From contig JALMLS010000378.1 of NCBI GenBank assembly GCA_038496445.1, positions 62,001 through 126,000 of the forward strand: a DNA stretch of 64,000 nt, given 5' to 3'. Position numbers and translations under genes: made by a program. Source of the stretch: Trichosphaerium sp. ATCC 40318 (lineage: Eukaryota > Protista > Tubulinea). The notes beneath the pieces are model-generated. The model was not told where the DNA came from. It searched no databases and worked only from the letters and a program-made list of their open reading frames with translations. Positions 52,401 to 64,000 of the stretch are shown here, in pieces (the first letter of the stretch is position 1; the number at the start of each line of letters is the position of its first letter).

Positions 52401-52662
52401 ATCTTCAGCAGGTACCAGTACAACCGTTTTTCCCCCTCCGACAATACCCCTTGCCATTGGCACGCGCAACCCAAATCTCTCATTGTACCGGACATACTTT
52501 TCTGTAGGTAAAATACCACTACTAAACGCACCTAGAGAAAATTACCAAAGTTTGTAGTTTAAAAGAAATGTATTTAGAGCACATCTACATTCCAGAAATC
52601 GATCTCTTACCTCCTGCCAGTGTACATATGAGTATTATTCTATACGCTATCAAGCGTGTCAT
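49443..52662 (-). CDS. Large secreted, probably GPI-anchored, beta-rich surface protein
   Basis: Signal MTRLIAYRIILICTLAG; long beta-rich exons; Pro/Thr/Ser linker and hydrophobic C-terminus PSSAYVSTATLLLVLCTCFLIEIK. Confidence 0.6.
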
Positions 52663-53207
52663 TGTTTAAGTTGTTTAACGAACCTAACTTTAAGTTGTGT
52701 TAAGCGAAGGTCACGTGCAATAGTTGCCCCACTGTCGTGTGTTATGGTAGCCAATAGTGGGGTGATAGTTAATCTACACTGTGACTTATAGTGGTGAAGT
52801 TACCTAGAAAATAACGCTACCTCGCTTAGAGTATCTTCAACATCTAATCGGACGATGTCGATTGTTTTTCACCAATCACTGAAATCTGTTGAGAAAAAGC
52901 GACACGTAGTGCTTCTATTGTTCTGAGAAATTGCTAATGCTTTGTCCATTTTGATTTGGCTTTGTTTGTTCCTTCCACGTCAGTGCGATGGTTCCTATCA
53001 TTACACCAAAAACGTGCACTTGAATAAGTAAGGTACGTATTTACAAGAAGCGCCTTCATGGTTATGAGGCTTGGGAAGGTCTGGATACGTGATTCAGGGA
53101 TTGAAACTGAATGAGACGTATGTCTCCTCCACAAACGACAACGCATGAATCAGCAGTAGTTTGAGACTTGTTTCAATCTTTTTGAGATAGTTTATTTCAA
53201 TACTAGT

Positions 53208-54932
53208 TCAAGCAACAACCTTTGTAGGATGCGGGTTAAGCTTTGCGAGTAATTCAAGTTTCGCTGTTATAGGAGTCATCCAATCATCCTCTAGTAATCC
53301 TCCTATTAAAAAACCTATTAGTACTGTACAATATTTAAATCACGTGTAGTACTAACCTGTGTCTGAAGAGTCAGGGTTCATACACCAGAAAAAATTATCA
53401 GTGACATCATTATCTTGCAACCATTTTATAAATCTATTGATCCATTGACCATCAGCACCATCTAAATGACCTCCCCATTCACCTACAACAAGAGCTTGAC
53501 CTAAAACGGAATAAATTACATTTTTTAGTAAAAGTCACGTCACGTGACAGCATAAAGAACTCTGTTACGGACCAGTTTTTTTTGGAATAAATCCGAAGTG
53601 ATTTTGCCAAATAGCAGGCATATTCTCAGGAAAGTTTGGATCTTTCCAGTAAGGTTGGTAAGCAACATCTGGTCCATATGTGTGCGGGGAGTATACAAGC
53701 TTATCTTGTAGGTTGATTTTTATTGGAGCTGTATTGACACCTATCAAGTTACCACCATAAAAGCAGTTTTGAGCGCAAGGAGGTGAAGACGCAACACCTT
53801 CTGCGAAAACAAGAAACCTAAACAAAACCGATCAGAATCATGTTTTTTTCTAGACTCAGATACCGTTCTCCACCATTTGAATGGATATAGTTTGATATGC
53901 GCGCTACCGCTGCATCCCAATCCGTCTTAAGATTTCCAGTGTTCCATGTACCTGTATAGTTATAGTTAGAAGAGAACACTCAAGAAGTCAATGTCACCTT
54001 GAAAAGGTTCGTTCTTTAAATCAAAAGCAACTACATTCCATGTGTTAGCGTAGCGCTTGATAAGTTTGGACTAGAGGTTGTTATCAATATTACTTATGCC
54101 AGTAAGTAACTCAAAGGGTACGTACCCATCCTTGTAGAACTAATGACTCAGGGTGAGATCCATCATACCTTTCGACACTGGTTAAAAAAATGTTTCATAA
54201 AATCTGGCTTACCATAGTCCATTACTCGCATATGCATCAGCTTCGAAAGAATGCAAATCAAGCATGATTAAGATACCACGTTTACCAGCTTCGTTTATTA
54301 TTGTATCCATAACTTGCATAGATGTCAAGCTGTTGACAAAAAAATAAATACTAACAAACAAATATTATTTACTTATTACTTACTTCTGTATATCTTGGTT
54401 TATTAAGTCGCCAGAATGATTATAGTTCCCGATACCATTAGGCATGGGATCATCCAATACCAAATCAAGGTAAAACGGAACACGCATCGCATTGAAATCT
54501 ACGCACTGTCAGTAAAAACAAAAAACTCGAAAAAAAAAAAAAGAAAAAAAAAGTTAACCGTTGGCTTGAATGAAGTCCAAAAAGAAATGATAATCAATGT
54601 CCCATAAACCATGGAATACGCGAATAGATGTCTAAGATTAAAGATTTAGAAGTACTTCAAACGAAAAATAACAGTGACAGCCAAAAAAGGCGAGACGTAA
54701 CTTCGAAACCAAACCAACTGAGTCCTTTTAGATAAAAACGCTCATTATTAAGCCATAAACTAAAACGTGGTTTGTTTAATCAATCACGTGCGATAATCAC
54801 GTTTCTGCCCTTTGCATACCTGCCGTTACGCGATTTTAAGTCTAATAGAGTACTGTTTCCTTTCACTTTCTTTGTACTGGCGAATGTTAAGCACAAAACG
54901 AGAAGCAGTGCAAACAGAGTTTGTTGTATCAT
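53208..54932 (-). CDS. Secreted GH5 endoglucanase (cellulase, GH5_1-like)
   Basis: GLSWFGFE, NAMRVPF, LIMLDLH, AFDLKNEP (acid/base Glu), VYSPHTYGPDV, VGEWGG (nucleophile Glu), WCMNPDSSDTGGLL.DDW; signal peptide. Confidence 0.93.
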
Positions 54933-55173
54933 TGCTGAGTACGTTATTTGAGTAAAACTAACATTGAATTTTCTTGGTCAGTTGACTTATCACGTGACCT
55001 AGCTTTCGTAAAGTTTAGTAAACGTATCACATAATTACATAACCAATACGTTACATAAGGCATTCAGTTTCATTCGTGAGATCCAAGTTGGTTTTGCTAA
55101 ATGTACATTTGGTTTTTTATTTTATTTTTCAAAGGTGCATACAAGGTTGTTGATTAAGATTTGTGTTTTACAT

Positions 55174-58100
55174 TTACATAACGCTGCATGCGTCTCCTTT
55201 ACCACCTGTTTCTTTTTTCCATTGTATCATTTGTTCTTCGTAATCCTCAACTTGCTTCAAGTACGATAACGGAGGCCATTGATTCTTTTCAACATTTTTC
55301 TTATTTGCACCCTGCGAAAAAACAGTCAGCAAACAACGTAATCTTGAGGATTTGATTTGAAACAAACAGTGTGAGTAGGTAGTAGGTACCTTAATTAGCT
55401 TGTAATCTTTTCTTTGTGTAACAGCTTGATAATTAGTACCTAGGCAACAGAGTGAGCACATGTTTTTTGTGGTTTTTTAAATCATTTTTAACGTACTCAA
55501 GAAATGTAAGCAAAACGCTTCTAACTGCTTTGCTGATGCTGATTGAGCATCGAGTAGCATTTGTGGTATCGATAGATCTGCTTTGATGACGCTATCAACT
55601 ACAGCCTATAACAAATCCATAAGACATGAGGTAATCGCACAAAACAAACTACGTACAGTTTCCACACTTTTAGAGAGGTACAACTCACATAACGTGACTA
55701 GTCTCTTCAAACCAAATCTGTTAGCGAGCTTGAGAATACCCATACCATCATTACCAATAATGGATGAATGATCAGTGTATCTACAAAACCAATAAGCCAA
55801 GAAAAAACCAAAAAACTGTTGTTTCTAAAAAAACTTACATGTACTCCAAGAAAGCAAGGAATGTCTTCAGCGTTGTATTCTCAATGACGATGTGCTAAAG
55901 ATAATATTAGTTAATCTTTTACACGGAATACTGGACTATAAATCTTACTTTTTGTTGTGCTTGAGGTTCTTCTTCCTCCTGTTTCTCCTCTTTCTTATTT
56001 TTTTCGACATTAACTTCTGCTTTCGGTTTTTCTTCTTTTTGTACTTTGACCTTCTTTGCTTCGCTCTGTTGTTGTGCAAGTTTTTCAAGCATTTGCTTTG
56101 CTACAAAGTTTTCAACAAGTTGACCCATCTCTTTACGGCAAACTGGACAATCACTACTGCGTTCTTTCCAAGCTAAAAAACAAAAATCAACAAGATTATT
56201 CATCTTAAAAACAGAACTACTGACGACGTACCTGTGATGCATTTACGACAGAAAGTATGGCCACAAGTCGTTATCAATACAGGATCATAGAAGAGGCTAG
56301 CACATATAGTACAAACGAGTTCTTCGTTCTCTTCTTCGTCCAAATCATCTTGAACAACACCGGCGCCAGCACCGACGTTTGGGTTTTGTTTTGGTTTTTG
56401 CTTCTTGACAGACTTGAGAGGATTGACACGAGCAATGAGGAGTTCAAGTGGTTTACACCGCGTTTTAATAAGCGCTCTATGACCAGGAACTATAACGCCA
56501 TTGACATCAAAGAACACATCAGCATCACGGCTCTTGTTTAAGTAAAGAGACTTGGCATGTTCTCCAAGTTGATCACAAAGATATGTTCCAAAAGAAGGAT
56601 TAAGAAACTCATTGCCTTCACTGATATTCTCGCATATTTGTTGAAGCTCTGGTAGAAGGAACAATTTGGCTGCAGCTGCTATTTCTTCCAAATGGTCATT
56701 TTTGTCTTTCGCAAAAAGTCAGTTGAAGATTCCGACTTTTCAAGTAGAGTTTTGATAGTTGCTTACCTGTGATTGTGGCTTGTCCAGTATACAAAAATTC
56801 GAGCACACGCATGAACACTGTATGTGTAATATCTGGGGTGAGATGTATAATATTTGTTTTACCCAGCTGTAGTTCTTTAATTGGAGGTACTTTTCCAGCT
56901 TCAATATTCTTGCTTGAAAAAGCTTTTCCATCACCAGCATCACGTGTCTTTAAAAGTCGTCGGAAAAACTCTGAGGCACATGTGAGAATAATTTTATGCG
57001 CTTGTATTGTAGATCCTTCAACGATTATACTAACATCAGAGAGATGAGGATATTTGATAAGAAACTTGAGATCATCGCCTAAAAAAATTCCAATAAGTTT
57101 TCCATTGCTTGTTGCTTCAGTTGAAGGGCTTCTTCAGTCGGTATGAAGGCGTACCGAAGGTAGATGTTTTTATATTTATCCAAGGAGCTGGTACACCTGG
57201 AGGTAAAGCTGGTGCTACAGGCATAGGTTTCTTGTTCTTTGATTCTGATTTTTTCTTCATTTTTTGTTTTTTCATATTTGCTGGACTTAACACTGAACGG
57301 ATAGCTGTATCGAACAGATTCTTTACACCCTTTTGTGTTAAAGCACTGTTTTCTATATATGCAAAGGCACCAACCTCTAAGAAATTAAGTTAAAACAAAG
57401 AGAGTCATCTGAATGCTATTTAAAAGAAAATCTCACTTGCCTTTGGCTAACTGTTGTCCCATTGCAGCTGTAACAGGGATCATGCCTTTTTCTCTTAGTT
57501 TTTTGAGACTCTCTGGGTTGTTGATCAAATCCACTTTATTACCAGCCTGAAAAAGAAGAAAAGTTTCAGCGAACGAACAGAATATTAAATGGGTTTTTTT
57601 TTTGTCTTTGTTTGAAATGTCACGTGGTATCACAGTCACGTACAATTATGATTGGTGTAGCGGGACAGTGGTGTCTAATCTCTGGAATCCACTTTGTTTT
57701 AATATTATGCATAGATGTCTCTGACATTACAGACAAACAAACTACAAAGTAGGTAAGCCATCGGAACAGAAAAAAGCCCAAAAAAAGCAACAAAATCCGA
57801 CGGTCGGAGTTTTTTGACGTACTGATAAAGACATCTGTTTGGGGGTACGATAACGGGCGTAGGCGATCATAATCTTCCTATTTGAAGGGTATTAGACGTA
57901 TTTGGGCAATAGAAGTTGTTTTGTTGAACTACGAATATATACGAACCTGTCCAGCAGTGTCCCAAAGACCAAGATTTATTGGCTTTCCATCTATCATTAC
58001 ATTGGCTAAAGGATTGTCAGATTTTGGCAGTTAACACGCTAAAACGTGTTCGTTTGGTTCATTACGCACCTGAATAGTTATCAAAAACAGTAGGAACATA

Positions 58101-58282
58101 TTCTATGATCTAGTTAGTATTTTTAAACCAAATACGCGGTGTACCCCCAGGAAACGCGTTCGTTGTGTATGATATGAGTAAGCTAAGGCGAAATGAGCGG
58201 TTTTGTCGCGAAATGTATTGTTATCATACCAGCTTTTTCCTACGGCCCCATCGCCAACGACAACGCACTTTATTGCTTGCAT
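55174..58282 (-). CDS. RhoBTB / RacA-type GTPase with RING insertion and CaaX
   Basis: [45 protein letters not shown]; Pro-rich linker; two BTB domains; QWPP C-terminal domain; CSVM end. Confidence 0.92.
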
Positions 58283-58910
58283 TTGATGTTGTGGTGTTAT
58301 ATTTTTGTTGATAAATAAACAATAAGCTAAAAGAAAGTTTAGCCTAACCAACACTTTTTATCAATTTTATTAAACACGAAAATAAAGTCACTCCTAGCTC
58401 GCTCAGTACTAGTAATGATATCAACGTGCACTTAAGATCTTGCGTAAGGTACTTGGTAAAGAAACACCTTTTCATTTTAGTATAAATGTTTCAACGACAG
58501 CTGAGTTGTCTGAATAGGTTGAAGCCTAGCACTTCAATCGGTGCATGTTATAAGTGCCTTAGCCTTTGGCAACGATATTGGAGGATACACATATCCACCA
58601 AGCTGATTAACGGAAAGATATTTTGAAGTTAGAGTGGAAACTATTTAAGCAATTTACATAAGCAATTTTGTTTGAAGACGACTTGAGATTGAATGTTTAG
58701 TATTCACGTGCTCATACACTCCGCATGTATAGCAATCTACTGATTGCTTGTAGATAATAATAGATTAGTAAACCACATATTTCACAAGTGTTCATGGTAG
58801 CTAATGCAAGTGTTACTAGTGTCAATCTCTTGGTTTTCATGACTTTAAATGAGTTGACCAAAAGTAAACGAAATTGGTTCAAGCGTTGTGTGAACAGCAA
58901 GTGGTTCTCA

Positions 58911-61091
58911 ATGGAGGTAGACGAAGATCTATTATACTCCGACTACATAGAAAAACAAAGAAGAGGTGGTTTATTCAAGGTAACGCTGTGAACAAACTGT
59001 AAAATATCTGAAACTTGTCAACTTGTTAATCAAATTGTCTCTGACGCATTAAACAGAAGTGGTCTAAGCGTAAACTAGAACTAAGGAAAGATTGCGTTGA
59101 ATACTTCAAGAAAGATTCAAAACAAGTACGACAATACCCTCATAATATATGTTACATTCAGACGACGTTGACACGTGATTTTTTTTTGTTTAGTTTTACA
59201 TCAAACGAAACTCTTTTCAGTTAGAGGAAGTTCTTAATGTACGGTTGGTAAACGAAAGATCATGGTATAAAAAAGGTGAAAAGCTTAAAGAGTTTCGTAT
59301 ATACACTGTTGAAGGGTTGTTATGTTTCCGTTCAGGTACGTATTTTTAGAAAAAAAACAACAAACAAATACAACTACTGCAATTTTTTTACGTTTTTGAA
59401 CGGTTCACGTGCTTTTAACCTGATTCACGCGTCTTTTCACTCAAATGTGATTAAACTTGTGTAGGTGCAGAGAATGCCAGATTGTGGGTGGAGCGCATAA
59501 ATCGAACTAAAGACGGTACAAAACTACTTTCTAGTGAAGAACTGACATCACAAATTAAAAGTTGTTGAGTCGCGAAAAAAGAGAAGTACTGTTGCAAGAT
59601 CTTGCTCAATAGCTCCAGCAGTGATTACAAATTACCCTGGAACGATAAGTCGTGCGTCAGCACCAGCCAGGAAGGCGGAACTACAACGTGAAGAATGGTA
59701 CTTCAGAAAAAAAAAGAACTAATTAAAACTCCTGTTCTTCAAAAGGGAGGGTTTCAAGAACCGTTATAAACAAATCCATCGTTTTTATGAATTTCTGAAT
59801 ATTACATATTGCGTTAATTGTTCGAACATTTTCTACATAACTACTAGTAGTTGTATAGATAACATTTCTTATCAATATAAATCACGTGTATATCTCTAAC
59901 ACATTGCTTCACCTTTTTCACAATTGACGTTTCATGTGTCTCTCTTGTTTCTTACTTCTTTTCTTTAGGAGCGCACCTTGTAATATCAAGCCTAAAGCGG
60001 CTACTACAAGAGAACCAAGAAGAAGTCAAAGACCAGCTCTACAAGATACGTACTGGAACAAAAACAACAAATCAATGCAAAAAAAGCAAGCCCAAATAAT
60101 AGAAGAGGAAGAAGAGGAAGAGGGAATTAACACTAACACGGAGTTCAAAGAAACGAAAAATATTTACAGCCGTTATAACGCCGGACATCCTAATGCTGAT
60201 ACCGAGAAAATAAGAAAAAACTTAGAAAAATTCAACAAGACAGTAGCTGGGAACCAGGATACTGACAGTACTATGACCACTAAAACTGGTCATACGTTTA
60301 TAAGCGACTATGCATACAATGACTTACTTCAGAACTTGGATGACCTTGAACCTCAACCGCCCTTGGAAGACAACGTGAACAAAGATTCTGATTCCGAAGA
60401 CTTATCCGGAAGCAGTGACTCAACGGATATCCCAAGAAGGGAATGGTATCGAGGAAGAGGTGCCGCTAATAGTGGTATTGATCCTCCTAAGAGGAATACA
60501 ACCGCGGCTGTAGAGAGGCCTCTCCGGAAGAAAGTTACAAATCCTGGATTAGTGTATTCTCAAAATTTTGGAATATCACTACCAGATAGCTTATTGGACC
60601 AACAAGGCAACTATGGTGGTTTACCCGGTCAAGAGGTACCTCAACATATGCGAAGGATCCATAGTCCAATACCAGCAACCCCACGTAAAGCTGTTGAAAC
60701 TACTACAGAAAGCGACGCGTACAGTGTTTTACCCAACAAAGAAGAGTTACGAAGGCGTTCCAGAGCTGCTTCCTTACCTACAAACCAACGACGACCTTAT
60801 ATGGCTCCTCCTAATCGCCCAGTTCCTAGACCAAATCGCCTTTCGCCACTTAGAGCTAACCGTCAGGAACAAACGACGCTAACGCCCAATAGAACATCTG
60901 GAGGTAGACCTACAAGAGGTGTTACTCCTCCAAGGAGAGGTGCTGTCCCAACAGCACATGGGTTTAGTATACCTGGTCAAAGACATCATCACCTGAGAAG
61001 TAGTCCTGAATATAATGCGCTCCCAGAATCTCCTACAACAGTTCGGCGGTTCCCAACAGGACCTAACCTTAAATTGCCTCAAATAAAGTAA
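58911..61091 (+). CDS. N-terminal PH-domain protein with long disordered Pro/Arg-rich tail
   Basis: DYIEKQRRGGLFK|KWSKRKLEL..VEYFK..FRIYT..CFRS|..ARLWVERIN; 385-aa low-complexity final ORF; middle exons uncertain. Confidence 0.6.
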
Positions 61092-61318
61092 AACAAACTA
61101 GCAAAACTTGACTTGTGAATAAAAAACCGCTTAGTTGGAACTTCGTTTTATTATTATTATTTCGGCAACCTATTTTTACTAATTATTTCAAAGACAACAC
61201 GTGTTGATTGGGAACAAGTTACATTAGTTTGTGAGGCTAGTTTAACTCAAACGTCTGGGTATATCTATGGTTACTTAGAACATAAACGCGCTGTTCTAAT
61301 ATAAGCCTTTTTTTATTA

Positions 61319-62332
61319 TTACCACATATGAGTGAGTTTTCTATCAACAAGCTCAGGGTCATGTGGCGTTGCACCAATAACTGGAACCTTTCCAAATACA
61401 TCACTTGAAAACCAATTATAGTTCCCAGGTAGAATTTTAGTTATAGAGCAGTTAGCTATATATAATAGAATACTAGATGTAACAGGTGCTTTTAGCACAT
61501 GTGTAATCATAGACTTTATCGTGCCACCATGAGCAAACTTGAAAAAAAAAAAGTCAATCAAAGAAAAAATGTGAAATGCAGAGAGCCTTAAAGCATAGCT
61601 GACTTACAATAAAGACACACTCCCCAGGATGATTCTTTACAATCTCTTCATATCCTTTAGAGGCTCTAGCACGAAGATCTTACGACACTATTAGCAGGGT
61701 TGTAGTTTAGGTTATTGTAAAGGTACCGCCATCTGATTCTCCGTTTGGATATTTTTCACCAGCCTTGTGATTCTTGAATTCCGGTAGTGCTTGGATCTGA
61801 GCACCTGTGAGTGTCTGCCAGTCTCCAAAATCAATCTCACGAAATCGTTCATCTTCTTTTACTTCAAGTTTGAGATGTTTGGCGACGATTGACGCAGTTT
61901 CACTCTAAAACAAACAATTAGAAAAGTTAACAATTTTTCATTTCCTTTTTGTCAAATCAGACACGTGAAATGAACTGATTACGCTTAGAAAACGTACTGC
62001 ACGCTTTAAATCTGATGAATAGATAGCGTGGACCTTTTTATTAAGTCCGACAATGTACTTTGCTAGTTTCTCAGCCTGACCTCTTCCAACATCATTTAGA
62101 GAAGTATCGAACTGTCCTAAACAGATAATTAGACTCTACGACGCTGTTGATTCTGAAAACAACTAACAGTGCGCAAATACGATCTATAGGTTTATATGTA
62201 TCTATTTAGGCTCTCAAACTACGTTGTACCTTGTATCCGTCCAGTTTTGTTATAATCTGTTTGTCCATGACGAATAAGCCAAATCTCGGTGGAGTTTGCA
62301 GCGCTAAGCTCAGGTATGTTGTTTACACTCAT
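61319..62332 (-). CDS. Histidine phosphatase / phosphoglycerate mutase family protein
   Basis: IWLIRHGQTDYN..IQG, YSSDLKRA, REIDFGDW, GES, FAHGGTI. Confidence 0.92.
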
Positions 62333-62441
62333 ACTATTCTAAAAAGTTGCTCACGTTTGCAAAAACAGTTCAATGAACCAAGTTTCCACTTAACTTGATT
62401 TGCTTAAGGCAGTACGACTCCTCAACGTTTGGTTACAACAA

Positions 62442-64000
62442 ATGATGAATTTCTCAGGGATTTCGGTAGATCAAGCGCTTGCTTACTACTATGAGAACCA
62501 TAAAAAAGCGTATACTAAAATAAAGGGAGAACAAATCAAAACTTTTGTAAAACAAGTTGAAAGCATATTAGACGCCGCAAATATAAGTGTAGCTAAACGC
62601 TTAGATGATTTACTTTACAAACAAATTGATACTGCCATCTATACAACCAATCAACCGTCAGTACCTTCTAAGGACCTTACAGTACCTAAACGCAAAGAAC
62701 TAAAGAGGTATGGACCAACATTTCGTATGATGAATTGTTTTTTTGTTTGTTTGTTTTTTTTACTAACACGTGGTACCAAAAGTGTACAATATATGATCCA
62801 TGAGGAACAAAGTATATTAGAGTTTCCTATAGAGATTATTTCAAATATTTTTCATTACACAAAACACAATGCAAGGTTTTCTGCCGCTCAATCATGTAAG
62901 TTATTTTCCAATGTTATTCATGATATTGTGGGATACGAGACAGTTTATCTCTCAAGTATTTTCGATATTCTAAAGGTTAGACAGTATAAAGGCATAATGG
63001 ACAACAGTCTCATTATAATACATGAAGATAGATACCTTAGTATCTATCAATTGTTATCTGGGTGTCGTAGCATAAAAATATCAAACTGGTGTGGCAATAA
63101 TCTCAGAGCAATCGCAAGCGCTCGATCTATTGACCTAAGCGATTCATTCAGAATAACTGATGAAAGCATACAAGACTTGAAAGGAGTTCATACAATTAAC
63201 TTAAGCGACTGTATGGTAACAGATAAAGGTATACAAGCTTTGAGAGGAGTACATACAATTGACATTCGACATTGTGATGCTGTGACAGATGAAGGGTTAA
63301 AAGCCTTGGAAGGAGTTCATAGCATTAACCTTCGCTATTGTACCAAAGTGACGGATGAAGGTATAAGTAAGTTGAAAGGAGTGCACACAATTGATCTCAC
63401 AATGTGTAAGCATATAAGTGATAAAGGTATAAGTAAGTTGAAAGGAGTTCACACTATTGACCTCTCAATGTGTGATCAAATAACAGATGAAGCCTTAAAA
63501 GCGTTGACAGGAGTCCATTCAATATACTTAGCAGGATGCCATCGAGTTACTGATGAAGGCATAAAATCATTGAAAGGTGTTCATACTATTGATCTTAGTA
63601 GTTGTTGCCGTATAACAGATGAAGGTGTAAAAGCATTAAAAGGGGTACACACAATTGAGCTCAGCTATGTGACAGTTACAGATGCAGGTATCAAAGCATT
63701 GAAAGGAGTTCATACCATTACTCTCCGATATTGTAACACAGTGACGGATGAAGGGATAAAAGCTCTGAGAGATGTACATACAATTACCCTCTACCATTGC
63801 AACCAAGTTACAGATGAAGGGATAAAAGCGTTGAATGGTGTTTATAGCATCAGTTTGTGGTTTATGCACTCAGTGACAGATGAAGGGATAAAAGCTTTAA
63901 AAGGTGTACACACTGTTACTCTTCATGAGTGTGGTCGAGTGACAGATGAAGGGATAAACGCATTGAAAGATGTACCTAAAATTTATATCAATCATTGTAG
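62442..64000 (+). CDS. F-box + LRR protein (3' truncated)
   Basis: ILEFPIEIISNIF F-box; more than 10 repeats of VTDEGIKALKGVHTIDLSxC running off the window end. Confidence 0.85.
   Translation, partial: MMNFSGISVDQALAYYYENHKKAYTKIKGEQIKTFVKQVESILDAANISVAKRLDDLLYKQIDTAIYTTNQPSVPSKDLTVPKRKELKRYGPTFRMMNCFFVCLFFLLTRGTKSVQYMIHEEQSILEFPIEIISNIFHYTKHNARFSAAQSCKLFSNVIHDIVGYETVYLSSIFDILKVRQYKGIMDNSLIIIHEDRYLSIYQLLSGCRSIKISNWCGNNLRAIASARSIDLSDSFRITDESIQDLKGVHTINLSDCMVTDKGIQALRGVHTIDIRHCDAVTDEGLKALEGVHSINLRYCTKVTDEGISKLKGVHTIDLTMCKHISDKGISKLKGVHTIDLSMCDQITDEALKALTGVHSIYLAGCHRVTDEGIKSLKGVHTIDLSSCCRITDEGVKALKGVHTIELSYVTVTDAGIKALKGVHTITLRYCNTVTDEGIKALRDVHTITLYHCNQVTDEGIKALNGVYSISLWFMHSVTDEGIKALKGVHTVTLHECGRVTDEGINALKDVPKIYINHC

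Overview
AT-rich eukaryotic nuclear DNA from an intron-rich microbial eukaryote, plausibly an amoebozoan given the RacA-type RhoBTB, Rab32-like GTPase and GH5 cellulase (taxon is inference). Introns are short (about 40-90 nt) and the genetic code looks standard. Core genes are DNA polymerase epsilon catalytic subunit, CDP-diacylglycerol synthase, Rab32-like, RhoBTB/RacA, an AlkB-type dioxygenase, a histidine phosphatase and a PH-domain protein. They are interspersed with accessory material: a tandem array of LamG-like surface receptors, an inverted duplication of a 4xC-type-lectin gene, six F-box adaptors and several relics. Top candidate for a new system: a single gene (19775-22939, minus) joining a secreted Reeler domain, through a GPI-signal-like helix plus an internal signal peptide, to a domain that would start with His after cleavage and carries LPMO-like copper His-brace motifs, i.e. 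a putative signal-peptidase-processed polyprotein. Other notable points are a C3HC4 RING inserted inside BTB2 of RhoBTB, frequent GC-AG introns with GT/GC switching between paralogs, and strong CACGTG enrichment. Exon boundaries were inferred by eye. Several 1-nt frameshifts may be assembly errors.
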